This document shows positions 38,301 to 50,900 of a DNA stretch of 64,000 nt, one piece after another. This stretch comes from Eledone cirrhosa (taxonomy: Eukaryota). The DNA is taken from assembly GCA_964016885.1 (NCBI GenBank), contig OZ024748.1, positions 27,094,001 to 27,158,000 on the forward strand, read 5' to 3'. Under the pieces are notes generated by a model, which was not told where the DNA came from, ran no database searches, and worked only from the letters and a program-made list of their open reading frames with translations. A program made the position numbers and the translations under genes. Each line of letters begins with the position of its first letter. The stretch's first letter is position 1.

Positions 38301-41300
38301 ACGGGATGAGGTATTTTAGAACGCGGGCCGCCAACAGACCTAATTGTGGAAAAACTGCATGCCTGGACAATATGTAAAGAAAATAAACTGAATACTCTGA
38401 TGGCTGGATAGTCTTTAAGATTTTCCTCGATGAAGCAGGAAAAATGCAGGTTTTTAGCTAATGCGGGCCCTAGGGGATAAAGAAAATGAATTTTTTTTAT
38501 GTGCATAATATGCCTTGAAATTTCGAGAAAATTGGCTCCTAAAAAAAGCCATAAAAAGCTGAAAAAATGAAGTTTTTCACCTAATGCGGGCCCTAGGCCA
38601 TAAAAAAGTTGGATTTTCTTTGCTCACGGTATGAAGGAGACTGACTAATACATAGTTACAATTTCAAGGAAATCGGTCTGACGTAATGCCTCAAAAAACC
38701 CCTAAAAAGCTGAAAAAACGCAGTTTTTCACCTAATGCGGGATCTAGGGATCAAAAAGTTGAAGCATAAGTAATACACATGTAAAGCATAAGTAATACAC
38801 ATGTAAAGTTTGAAAAAAATCGGTTGGGTACTTCTTGAGTTTTAGGGATTCAAACTCACAGACACACACACACACAGACAGACATCCTCAGTTTTATATA
38901 TATAGATTATCAACATGTTGGGACATCAGACCTGGGCCTATTACCAACTTTGCCCAAACTTAATCATTGCCAAATTACATCACACATCACATAGAGTTTG
39001 TTTCTTGTCAGTCACAATGAGTCAACACCTTCCTCCTGCTTTTTTTCCTTCAGAAACCCTATTTCCTCTCATTTCCCCTCTTCTACATTAAAAACATGAA
39101 CTTATTTCCACTATTTTCTTCCTAGGATGAAACTACATCCAGACAAGCATTAGAACACCTCATCCATCATTTCCAGGTTTTATTTGAGGTATCCTCAATA
39201 GAAGGGATTTATCCAGCCATGAATCAAGTCTATACAAAGGTTGGGGAACTGCAGAACATCATGAAAATACTGAAGAATTTGTTAGGCTTAGGTAAATAAA
39301 GATATTCCTTTCATATTTCCATCTATTTCTTTCTTCCTACTCTCCTTCAAACACTATTTGCATGTTTTTCTTTTTTTTTTGCTTCATCATGTCATCATGG
39401 GTTGTGTGTATCTAGTTAAGAATAGGTACACCATATCCCTACATATCATAAGAGGCTACTAAAAGGGTTTCTTTTTTACTTTCATAATGTCATGGGTTGT
39501 GGATCCAGTTCAGAATAGGTACAAGGTATACCGTGTCGCTGCATGTCATAAGAGGCGACAAAAGGGGTTTGGTGTCAGCATTCAGCTGTAAAACATTGCC
39601 TCAAGAAAGGATCCTATGACGGGTATGAAACCTGTTATGGGGTCTGCAATGCTTATCATTGCTTCAGAAAGCAAAATGATCTTAAGACACATGTAAGGGC
39701 AAAATAGCCTTATTACTCTTGTTATTATTATTGTCATTGTTAGGTGTAGAGGCAAAATAGTTTTAATACTCTTGTTGATGCTGTTGAGTGTAGGGGCAAA
39801 ATAGCCTTAGTACTCTTGTTGTTGTTGGGTGTTTGGGCAAAATAGCCTTAGTACTCTTGTTGTTGTTGGGTGTTAGGGCAAAATAGCCTTAGTACTCTTG
39901 TTGTTGTTGGGTGTTAGGGCAAAATAGCATTAATACTCTTGTTGTTGGGTGTTAGGGCAAAATAGCCTTAATACTCTTGTTGAGTGTAGGGGCAAAATAG
40001 CCTTAATACTCTTGTTGTTATCATTGTTGGGTATAGCTAAGTAAATAAGGTATTGAACAACCTATAACTGCAGGTAGGTTGGTCTTTTAGTTCTAATCTT
40101 CATTTTGTTTCTAGGCAGTCTATTTTATTCTGCATTGCCTCAGTTCATCATGTTGCCAGGAAATATTCACAAATTTCACTGACAAGGCAGTCAATCAGTA
40201 GCTATTGTAGGTGATGCTCAAAGATACTCCATAGTGGGGACAAAGCTGAAACTATGTAGTCTCAAAGTGAATTCCTTAACCACACAGCTGTGCCTTGCCT
40301 GTACATAGTTAATTTCTGTAAGCAGAACAGATTAAATATTATCAATAGTTGTTAGATACAATTTACAAGATCTCAGACTTTATTCACATACTAAGTGAGG
40401 TGGAGCTCATCAAATTGAACCGAAGAAATAATGTTTTGATTGGTCTTTCCAATTGTTGATACTATCTACTAGTTACAACTCCTGGCAGAAGTAGCAATGT
40501 TAAATAAACTTTCTTGCTCAAGGACATAATGTATTGCCTGGTCTGGGAATCAAACTCACAATTGCGGATCCAATTTTTAACCATTAAGCTATGTGCTTTC
40601 ACTTTATTATCAATAATATGTAATATCTAAGACAGACACACCCAAAATATTGATCCATTGACTGTTATCATAAATAGGACAGCCATCAATCAATAAAAAA
40701 CATATTAAATCTTTAGTATAGACATAGGCATGGCTGTGTGGTTAAAGAGTTCATTTCACAACCATGTGGCTTTGACAGATATGTATTATATTAATGTGGA
40801 TTTTTAAATACCATAGAAAATCTCACAGGTACTTTTTGTTTGTTCTAGATCCATCTTCAAAACCTTCAACTGTGGTGGATGCTGTCAATGAAATTTGTCA
40901 AATGCATAATGCCACAACATCAACACAACTGAAACATCTCCTCCAGACAGAAGATTTGGAAAGGTTTGACTTATGACCCACTTGAAACATTTATTTATTT
41001 ATATGTAATTTTATGACCCTATTGTTATTTATGAAATTTGAATAAGATTTATCATCATTTTAAATCAGCAGCGGGCTGCATAGGATGTGGCTCATCATTA
41101 GGTGGGACACACTCCTAAAAAGTTCAATACAATTTTGAAATTAGGTGAGCCAAACAGTCTGCAGTTTACCAATGTTTTAAAACAATACAGTTGAATGGTT
41201 CCCCTAAACTGGAACCCAAATTGACACCAAACTGCCTGAAATCACCCCTGGTTACAAAACAACGGTTTCTTTTTAAATGTTTATATTTATCTAAAACGTT

Positions 41301-41979
41301 CTATGTGTATCCAGTTTAAAATAGGTAGACCATCTCCCTGCATGTCATGTGAGGCGAGTAAAAAGGTTGGTACCAAGAAGGGCATCTTGCCATATAACAT
41401 TACCTCAAAACCTGTTATAGGGTCCACAAAGCTAACTAAATCCTGCTGAGGTCATTAAATGTAGTACTATTCCAGCACTGGGTACATTCTTCCTCTATAT
41501 GCACTCTCTCCTCTCTGTTTCTCTCTCTCTCCAACAACTACATATATTTTAACTACAATGTTTCCTTCTAATTTCAGTATTATCAAGAAACTGGAGGAGT
41601 ATGATGCTTTCTTCCCAACATTCCATGCAGTGATGTCAGAAGTTCTTCAGATACTCAGTAAGTCACTTTTCATTTCTCCCCCTTCTCTCTGTTCTACTCT
41701 CTTTCTGTTCCCCTCTCTATTTCTGTCCCCCTCTCTCATCTCTCTCTCTCTCTCTCTTCTCTTTAGTCTGCCCCTCACCTTCACCAATGTTCATCAACAC
41801 AGCCATTCCTTTTTTTGCCACTAAAAGTCCCTATTCATTAACCCACCCTCTCAACAGATGAGCCAATTGCCAGTTTAAACCTTTCTGTTCTTACAGCCAT
41901 CTTTTCGTTCTTTCCAGATGTCAAAAGCCTCAGTGATGTAATACCAGTTGTGAAGACACTCGTCCTTATGACTTTCTAA
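23354..41979 (+). CDS. CEP70: Centrosomal protein of 70 kDa-like; 13 exons recovered (517 aa, start exon unresolved)
   Basis: Exons 23354-23668, 25098-25183, 27964-28032, 29757-29820, 31154-31242, 31858-31972, 33018-33116, 36095-36247, 36802-36942, 39126-39291, 40849-40963, 41578-41657, 41918-41979 are all GT-AG and join in one frame (1554 nt incl. TAA). The C-terminus HHFQVLFEVSSIEGIYPAMNQVYTKVGELQN...EDLESIIKKLEEYDAFFPTF...DVIPVVKTL matches the recalled CEP70 C-terminus ([22 protein letters not shown]...[20 protein letters not shown]...AIVPAVKKL). Confidence 0.88.
23700..23960 (+). mobile_element. tRNA-derived SINE family B (other copies ~7335-7470 minus, 24190-24340 minus, 40500-40600 minus, 58400-58530 minus, 58715-58830 plus)
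   Basis: AGTGGT A-box, GGTTCGATTCC B-box, core TTCTTGAGCAAAACACTT...TTGCTCCAGT..ACTCAGCTG. Confidence 0.75.
25098..25183 (+). CDS. CEP70: CEP70-like exon
   Basis: tgcag|GAT CAA...GAG AA|gtaagt; DQKPHPKRPDIISEFQRHTDNIQSIMNE. Confidence 0.75.
25861..26215. repeat. ~40-bp minisatellite, ~9 copies
   Basis: TAATGGCATTTCTATCAAAAATCTCATTATGCTGACATCT variants. Confidence 0.95.
27964..28032 (+). CDS. CEP70: CEP70-like exon (coiled coil)
   Basis: tgcag|A ATA ATT GAC...TAT CA|gtaagt; IIDIVKVYEKRIEELEKDLEYY. Confidence 0.82.
28228..28722. repeat. 17-bp minisatellite, ~28 copies
   Basis: (G/A)CCAATCTAACAA(T/G)TCT. Confidence 0.95.
29757..29820 (+). CDS. CEP70: CEP70-like exon
   Basis: ttacag|A AAG AAA...CAT AGG|gtaact, phase 2-0. 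Confidence 0.75.
30096..30330 (+). mobile_element. L1/Tx1-like LINE fragment (zf-RVT zinc-binding region), fused to an RTE fragment at 29960-30095 minus
   Basis: LPVRDKLYRHG...CSRC...E..LHAFIQC (CxxC...H...C). Confidence 0.65.
30488..30523 (-). ncRNA. Minimal hammerhead ribozyme motif (same family as 57750)
   Basis: TCTT-CTGATGA-AGGACTAGTATCC-GAAA-CGTT-AATA; the flank also resembles 57700-57750. Confidence 0.55.
31154..31242 (+). CDS. CEP70: CEP70-like exon (coiled coil)
   Basis: tttcag|AAT CAG GAA...TCA CG|gtatat; EKILKEYVKKVNLLETKLKLLELEKQSR. Confidence 0.8.
31370..31820. repeat. Degenerate ~50-bp tandem repeat, ~9 copies, related to a motif in the RTE-tailed retroposons
   Basis: CACCCTGTAAGGTGGTAGTGCTGGTGCCATGACAAAAAAGCACCCAGTC; same motif at 4180-4290, 7850-7960, 29160-29290. 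Confidence 0.85.
31858..31972 (+). CDS. CEP70: CEP70-like exon
   Basis: tttcag|A GTG GGT...CTA CAG|gtaagt. Confidence 0.78.
33018..33116 (+). CDS. CEP70: CEP70-like exon
   Basis: acag|GAA CTG TAT...AAG CAG|gtaaaa; ELYEALDVEDPDQLLPAVQKM. Confidence 0.8.
33310..34860 (-). mobile_element. R4/Dong-like (RLE) non-LTR retrotransposon, internally deleted
   Basis: N-terminal RWKWSKQVNVVVMECYYFSNP...GYQ; C-terminal CRIC..., LAQKEYNRLHDN...HWALC, ILWDF, PDIVLIEK...WIIDIACP (PD..D nuclease). Confidence 0.82.
36095..36247 (+). CDS. CEP70: CEP70-like exon
   Basis: poly-T tcag|TTT TGC...CGG CAG|gtaaaa. Confidence 0.8.
36802..36942 (+). CDS. CEP70: CEP70-like exon
   Basis: tttcag|GAT CTC...ACC ATG|gttggt; FIPW resembles CEP70 LVPW. 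Confidence 0.8.
37255..38250 (-). mobile_element. Penelope-like element remnant (RT plus GIY-YIG endonuclease)
   Basis: YQQVTGVVMDTRMGPNYTNLFVDY (cf. G.AMG..MGP.YANLF) and downstream YIGKTGCRLTDRFAEHLRD. Confidence 0.85.
38278..38906 (-). mobile_element. Non-autonomous Helitron
   Basis: Minus strand A|TCTATATATATAAAA ... GC-rich subterminal hairpin (CCCGTGAAACACCAGG) ... CTAG|T; internal repeats CTAATGCGGG at ~38459, 38581, 38732. Confidence 0.78.
39126..39291 (+). CDS. CEP70: CEP70-like exon (conserved C-terminal domain)
   Basis: ctag|GAT GAA...TTA G|gtaaat; HHFQVLFEVSSIEGIYPAMNQVY. Confidence 0.92.
39690..40030. repeat. ~41-bp minisatellite, ~8 copies
   Basis: AGGGCAAAATAGCCTTAGTACTCTTGTTGTTGTTGGGTGTT. 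Confidence 0.92.
40849..40963 (+). CDS. CEP70: CEP70-like exon
   Basis: ctag|AT CCA TCT...GAA AG|gtttga; VVDAVNEIC...LLQTEDLE. Confidence 0.9.
41578..41657 (+). CDS. CEP70: CEP70-like exon
   Basis: tttcag|T ATT ATC AAG...CTC A|gtaagt; IIKKLEEYDAFFPTF. Confidence 0.92.
41918..41979 (+). CDS. CEP70: CEP70-like terminal coding exon
   Basis: ttccag|AT GTC AAA...ACT TTC TAA; VKSLSDVIPVVKTL. Confidence 0.88.
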
Positions 41980-41985
41980 CCTGGA

Positions 41986-44900
41986 AGACACTCACTCTAC
42001 TGACACAGTGTCACAGTGACAGCCAGTAGGGCAGACACTCAGCTTACTGACACAGTGACAGACAGTAGCACAGACACTCACCCTACTGACACAGTGACAG
42101 ACAGTAGGACAGACACTCACTCTACTGACATAGTGACAACCAGTAGGGCAGACACTCACCCTACTGACACAGTGACAACCAGTAGCACAGACACTCACCC
42201 TACTGACACAGTGACAACCAGTAGCACAGACACTCACCCTACTGACACAGTGACAGCCAGTAGGACAGACACTCAGCTTACTGACACAGTGACAGCCAGT
42301 AGCACAGACACTCACCCTACTGACACAGTGACAGCCAGTAGGGCAGACACTCACCCTATTGACACAGTGACAGCCAGTAGGACAGACACTCACCCTACTG
42401 ACACAGTGACAGCCAGTAGCACAGACACTCACCCTACTGACACAGTGACAGACAGTAGGGCAGACACTCACCCTACTGACACAGTGACAGCCAGTAGGAC
42501 AGACACTCATCCTACACACACAGTGACAGCCAGTAGGGCAGACACTCACCCTATTGACACAGTGACAGACAGTAGGGCAGACACTCACCCTACTGACACA
42601 GTGACAACCAGTAGGACAGACACTCACTCTACTGACACAGTGACAGACAGTAGGGCAGACACTCACCCTACTGACACAGTGACAACCAGTAGGACAGACA
42701 CTCACTCTACTGACACAGTGACAGACAGTAGGGCAGACACTCACCCTACTGACACAGTGACAACCAGTAGGACAGACACTCACCCTACTGACACAGTGAC
42801 AGACAGTAGGGCAGACACTCACCCTACTGACACAGTGACAACCAGTAGGACAGACACTCACCCTACTGACACAGTGACAGACAGTAGGGCAGACACTCAC
42901 CCTACTGACACAGTGACAGCCAGTAGGACAGACACTCATCCTACTCACACAGTGACAGCCAGTAGGGCAGACACTCACCCTATTGACACAGTGACAGACA
43001 GTAGGGCAGACACTCACCCTACTGACACAGTGACAACCAGTAGGACAGACACTCACTCTACTGACACAGTGACAGACAGTAGGGCAGACACTCACCCTAC
43101 TGACACAGTGACAACCAGTAGGACAGACACTCACTCTACTGACACAGTGACAGACAGTAGGGCAGACACTCACCCTACTGACACAGTGACAACCAGTAGG
43201 ACAGACACTCACTCTACTGACACAGTGACAGACAGTAGGGCAGACACTCACCCTACTGACACAGTGACAACCAGTAGGACAGACACTCACTCTACTGACA
43301 CAGTGACAGCCAGTAGGGCAGACACTCACCCTATTGACACAGTGACAGCCAGTAGGGCAGACACTCACCCTACTGACACAGTGACAGCCAGTAGGGCAGA
43401 CACTCACCCTACTGACACAGTGACAGACAGTAGGGCAGACACTCACCCTACTGACACAGTGACAGCCAGTAGGACAGACACTCATCCTACTCACACAGTG
43501 ACAGCCAGTAGGGCAGACACTCACCCTATTGACACAGTGACAGACAGTAGGGCAGACACTCACCCTACTGACACAGTGACAGCCAGTAGGGCAGACACTC
43601 ACCCTACTGACACAGTGACAGCCAGTAGCACAGACACTCACCCTACTGACACAGTGACAGCCAGTAGGGCAGACACTCAGCTTACTGACACAGTGACAGC
43701 CAGTAGGACAGACACTCATCCTACTCACACAGTGACAGCCAGTAGGGCAGACACTCACCCTATTGACACAGTGACAGACAGTAGGGCAGACACTCACCCT
43801 ACTGACACAGTGACAGCCAGTAGGGCAGACACTCACCCTACTGACACAGTGACAGCCAGTAGGACAGACACTCACCCTACTGACACAGTGACAACCAGTA
43901 GCACAGACACTCACCCTACTGACACAGTGACAGACAGTAGGGCAGACACTCACCCTATTGACACAGTGACAGACAGTAGGGCAGACACTCACTCTACTGA
44001 CACAGTGACAGCCAGTAGGGCAGACACTCACCCTACTGACACAGTGACAGCCAGTAGGGCAGACACTCAGCTTACTGACACAGTGACAGCCAGTAAAACA
44101 GACACTCATCCTACTCACACAGTGACAGCCAGTAGGGCAGACACTCACCCTATTGACACAGTGACAGACAGTAGGGCAGACACTCACCCTACTGACACAG
44201 TGACAGCCAGTAGGGCAGAAACTCACCCTACTGACACAGTGACAGACAGTAGGACAGACACTCACCCTACTGACACAGTGACAGACAGTAGGGCAGAAAC
44301 TCACCCTACTGACACAGTGACAGCCAGTAGGACAGACACTCACCCTACTGACACAGTGACAGCCAGTAGGACAGACACTCACCCTATTGACACAGTGACA
44401 GACAGTAGGGCAGACACTCACCCTATTGACACAGTGACAGACAGTAGGGCAGACACTCACCCTACTGACACAGTGACAGACAGTAGGGCAGACACTCACC
44501 CTATTGACACAGTGACAGACAGTAGGGCAGACACTCACCCTACTGACACAGTGACAGACAGTAGGGCAGACACTCACCCTATTGACACAGTGACAGACAG
44601 TAGGGCAGACACTCACCCTATTGACACAGTGACAGACAGTAGGGCAGACACTCACCCTACTGACACAGTGACAGACAGTAGGGCAGACACTCACCCTATT
44701 GACACAGTGACAGACAGTAGGGCAGACACTCACCCTATTGACACAGTGACAGACAGTAGGGCAGACACTCACCCTACTGACACAGTGACAGACAGTAGGG
44801 CAGACACTCACCCTATTGACACAGTGACAGACAGTAGGGCAGAAACTCACCCTACTGACACAGTGACAGACAGTAGGGCAGACACTCACCCTACTGACAC

Positions 44901-47900
44901 AGTGACAACCAGTAGGACAGACACTCACCCTACTGACACAGTGACAACCAGTAGGACAGACACTCACCCTACTGACACAGTGACAGCCAGTAGGGCAGAC
45001 ACTCACCCTACTGACACAGTGACAGCCAGTAGGGCAGACACTCACCCTACTGACACAGTGACAGACAGTAGGGCAGAAACTCACCCTACTGACACAGTGA
45101 CAACCAGTAGGAGAGACACTCACCCTACTGACACAGTGACAACCAGTAGGAGAGACACTCACCCTACTGACACAGTGACAGCCAGTAGGGCAGACACTCA
45201 CCCTACTGACACAGTGACAGCCAGTAGGACAGACACTCACTCTACTGACACAGTGACAACCAGTAGGACAGACACTCACCCTACTGACACAGTGACAGCC
45301 AGTAGGGCAGACACTCACCCTACTGACACAGTGACAACCAGTAGGACAGACACTCACCCTACTGACACAGTGACAGACAGTAGGGCAGACACTCACCCTA
45401 TTGACACAGTGACAGACAGTAGGGCAGACACTCACCCTACTGACACAGTGACAACCAGTAGGACAGACACTCACTCTACTGACACAGTGACAGACAGTAG
45501 GGCAGACACTCACCCTATTGACACAGTGACAGACAGTAGGACAGACACTCACCCTACTGACACAGTGACAGACAGTACGGCAGACACTCACCCTACTGAC
45601 ACAGTGACAGACAGTAGGGCAGACACTCACCCTACTGACACAGTGACAACCAGTAGGACAGACACTCACCCTACTGACACAGTGACAACCAGTACGGCAG
45701 ACACTCACCCTACTGACACAGTGACAGACAGTAGGACAGACACTCACCCTACTGACACAGTGACAGACAGTAGGGCAGACACTCACTCTACTGACACAGT
45801 GACAGACAGTAGGGCAGACACTCACCCTACTGACACAGTGACAACCAGTAGGACAGACACTCACCCTATTGACACAGTGACAACCAGTAGGACAGACACT
45901 CACCCTACTGACACAGTGACAGACAGTAGGACAGACACTCACCCTACTGACACAGTGACAGACAGTAGGACAGACACTCACCCTACTGACACAGTGACAG
46001 ACAGTACGGCAGACACTCACCCTACTGACACAGTGACAGACAGTAGGACAGACACTCACCCTACTGACACAGTGACAGACAGTAGGGCAGACACTCACTC
46101 TACTGACACAGTGACAGACAGTAGGGCAGACACTCACCCTACTGACACAGTGACAACCAGTAGGACAGACACTCACCCTATTGACACAGTGACAACTAGT
46201 AGGACAGACACTCACCCTACTGACACAGTGACAGACAGTACGACAGACACTCACCCTACTGACACAGTGACAGACAGTAGGACAGACACTCACCCTACTG
46301 ACACAGTGACAGACAGTAGGGCAGACACTCACTCTACTGACACAGTGACAGACAGTAGGGCAGACACTCACCCTACTGACACAGTGACAACCAGTAGGAC
46401 AGACACTCACCCTATTGACACAGTGACAACCAGTAGGACAGACACTCACCCTACTGACACAGTGACAGACAGTAGGACAGACACTCACCCTACTGACACA
46501 GTGACAGACAGTAGGACAGACACTCACCCTACTGACACAGTGACAGACAGTACGGCAGACACTCACCCTACTGACACAGTGACAGACAGTAGGACAGACA
46601 CTCACCCTACTGACACAGTGACAGACAGTAGGGCAGACACTCACTCTACTGACACAGTGACAGACAGTAGGGCAGACACTCACCCTACTGACACAGTGAC
46701 AACCAGTAGGACAGACACTCACCCTATTGACACAGTGACAACCAGTAGGACAGACACTCACCCTACTGACACAGTGACAGACAGTAGGACAGACACTCAC
46801 CCTACTGACACAGTGACAGACAGTAGGACAGACACTCACCCTACTGACACAGTGACAAACAGTAGGGCAGACACTCACCCTACTGACACAGTGACAGACA
46901 GTAGGACAGACACTCACCCTACTGACACAGTGACAGACAGTAGGACAGACACTCACCCTATTGACACAGTGACAGACAGTAGGGCAGACACTCACCCTAC
47001 TGACACAGTGACAGCCAGTAGGGCAGACACTCACCCTACTGACACAGTGACAGCCAGTAGGGCAGACACTCACCCTACTGACACAGTGACAGCCAGTAGG
47101 AGAGACACTCACCCTACTGACACAGTGACAGACAGTAGGGCAGACACTCACCCTATTGACACAGTGACAGACAGTAGGACAGACACTCACCCTACTGACA
47201 CAGTGACAGACAGTAGGACAGACACTCACCCTACTGACACAGTGACAGACAGTACGGCAGACACTCACCCTACTGACACAGTGACAGACAGTAGGGCAGA
47301 CACTCACCCTACTGACACAGTGACAACCAGTAGGACAGACACTCACTCTACTGACACAGTGACAGACAGTAGGGCAGACACTCACCCTATTGACACAGTG
47401 ACAGACAGTAGGACAGACACTCACCCTACTGACACAGTGACAGACAGTAGGGCAGACACTCACCCTACTGACACAGTGACAGCCAGTAGGACAGACACTC
47501 ACCCTACTGACACAGTGACAGACAGTAGGAGAGACACTCACCCTACTGACATAGTGACAACCAGTAGGGCAGACACTCACCCTACTGACACAGTGACAGC
47601 CAGTAGGACAGACACTCACCCTACTGACACAGTGACAGCCAGTAGGACAGACACTCACCCTACTGACACAGTGACAGCCAGTAGGACAGACACTCACCCT
47701 ACTGACACAGTGACAGACAGTAGGGCAGACACTCACCCTACTGACACAGTGACAGCCAGTAGGACAGACACTCACCCTACTGACATAGTGACAACCAGTA
47801 GGGCAGACACTCACCCTACTGACACAGTGACAGACAGTAGGACAGACACTCACCCTACTGACACAGTGACAGCCAGTAGGGCAGACACTCACCCTACTGA

Positions 47901-50900
47901 CACAGTGACAACCAGTAGGAGAGACACTCACCCTACTGACACAGTGACAGCCAGTAGGACAGACACTCACCCTATTGACACAGTGACAGCCAGTAGGACA
48001 GACACTCACCCTACTGACACAGTGACAGCCAGTAGGACAGACACTCACCCTATTGACACAGTGACAGCCAGTAGGACAGACACTCACCCTACTGACACAG
48101 TGACAACCAGTAGGAGAGACACTCACCCTACTGACACAGTGACAGCCAGTAGGGCAGACACTCACCCTATTGACACAGTGACAACCAGTAGGACAGACAC
48201 TCACTCTACTGACACAGTGACAGACAGTAGGGCAGACACTCACCCTACTGACACAGTGACAACCAGTAGGAGAGACACTCACCCTATTGACACAGTGACA
48301 GCCAGTAGCACAGACACTCACCCTACTGACACAGTGACACACAGTACGGCAGACACTCACCCTATTGACACAGTGACAGACAGTAGGGCAGACACTCACC
48401 CTATTGACATAGTGACAACCAGTAGGGCAGACACTCACCCTACTGACACAGTGACAGACAGTAGCACAGACACTCACCCTACTGACACAGTGACAGCCAG
48501 TAGCACAGACACTCACCCTACTGACACAGTGACAACCAGTAGGGCAGACACTCACCCTACTGACACAGTGACAGACAGTAGGGCAGACACTCACCCTATT
48601 GACACAGTGACAGACAGTAGGGCAGACACTCACTCTACTGACACAGTGACAGACAGTAGCACAGACACTCACCCTACTGACACAGTGACAACCAGTAGGG
48701 CAGACACTCACCCTACTGACACAGTGACAGACAGTAGGGCAGACACTCACCCTATTGACACAGTGACAGACAGTAGGGCAGACACTCACCCTACTGACAC
48801 AGTGACAGACAGTAGCACAGACACTCACCCTACTGACACAGTGACAACCAGTAGGGCAGACACTCACCCTACTGACACAGTGACAGACAGTAGGGCAGAC
48901 ACTCACCCTATTGACACAGTGACAGACAGTAGGGCAGACACTCACCCTACTGACACAGTGACCGACAGTAGGGCAGACACTCACCCTATTGACACAGTGA
49001 CAGACAGTAGGGCAGACACTCACCCTACTGACACAGTGACAGCCAGTAGCACAGACACTCACCCTACTGACACAGTGACAACCAGTAGGGCAGACACTCA
49101 CTCTACTGACACAGTGACAGACAGTAGGGCAGACACTCACCCTACTGACACAGTGACAGACACTCACCCTACTGACACAGTGACAGACAGTAGGACAGAC
49201 ACTCACCCTACTGACACAGTGACAGACAGTAGGGCAGACACTCACCCTACTGACACAGTGACAGACAGTAGGGCAGACACTCACCCTACTGGCACAGTGA
49301 CAGCCAGTAGGACAGACACTCACCCTACTGACACAGTGACAGCCAGTAAGACAGACACTCAACCTACTGACACAGTGACAGCCAGTAGCACAGACACTCA
49401 CCCTACTGACACAGTGACAGACAGTAGGGCAGACACTCACCCTATTGACACAGTGACAGACAGTAAGACAGACACTCAACCTACTGACACAGTGACAGCC
49501 AGTAGGGCAGACACTCACTCTACTGACACAGTGACAGCCAGTAGGACAGACACTCACCCTACTGACACAGTGACAGACAGTAGGGCAGACACTCACCCTA
49601 TTGACACAGTGACAGACAGTAGGACAGACACTCACCCTATTGACACAGTGACAGACAGTAGGACAGACACTCACCCTATTGACACAGTGACAGACAGTAG
49701 CACAGACACTCACTCTACTGACACAGTGACAGACAGTAGGACAGACACTCACTCTACTGACACAGTGACAGACAGTAGGGCAGACACTCACCCTATTGAC
49801 ACAGTGACAGACAGTAGGACAGACACTCACCCTATTGACACAGTGACAGACAGTAGGACAGACACTCACCCTATTGACACAGTGACAGACAGTAGCACAG
49901 ACACTCACCCTACTGACACAGTGACAGCCAGTAGGGCAGACACTCACTCTACTGACACAGTGACAGACAGTAGGGCAGACACTCACCCTATTGACACAGT
50001 GACAGACAATAGGACAGACACTCACCCTATTGACACAGTGACAGACAGTATGACAGACACTCACCCTATTGACACAGTGACAGACAGTAGCACAGACACT
50101 CACCCTACTGACACAGTGACAGCCAGTAGGGCAGACACTCACTCTACTGACACAGTGACAGACAGTAGGGCAGACACTCACCCTATTGACACAGTGACAG
50201 ACAGTAGGACAGACACTCACCCTATTGACACAGTGACAGACAGTAGGACAGACACTCACCCTATTGACACAGTGACAGACAGTAGCACAGACACTCACTC
50301 TACTGACACAGTGACAGACAGTAGCACAGACACTCACTCTACTGACACAGTGACAGCCAGTAGGGCAGACACTCACCCTACTGACACAGTGACAGACAGT
50401 AGGACAGACACTCACCCTATTGACACAGTGACAGACAGTAGGGCAGACACTCACCCTACTGACACAGTGACAGACAGTAGGAGAGACACTCACCCTACTG
50501 ACACAGTGACAGCCAGTAGGACAGACACTCACCCTATTGACACAGTGACAGACAGTAGGAGAGACACTCACCCTACTGACACAGTGACAGCCAGTAGGGC
50601 AGACACTCACCCTACTGACACAGTGACAGACAGTAGGGCAGACACTCACCCTATTGACACAGTGACAGACAGTAGGACAGACACTCACCCTACTGACACA
50701 GTGACAGCCAGTAGGACAGACACTCACCCTACTGACACAGTGACAACCAGTAGGACAGACACTCACCCTACTGACACAGTGACAGCCAGTAGGACAGACA
50801 CTCACCCTACTGACACAGTGACAGACAGTAGGGCAGACACTCACCCTATTGACACAGTGACAGACAGTAGGAGAGACACTCACCCTATTGACACAGTGAC

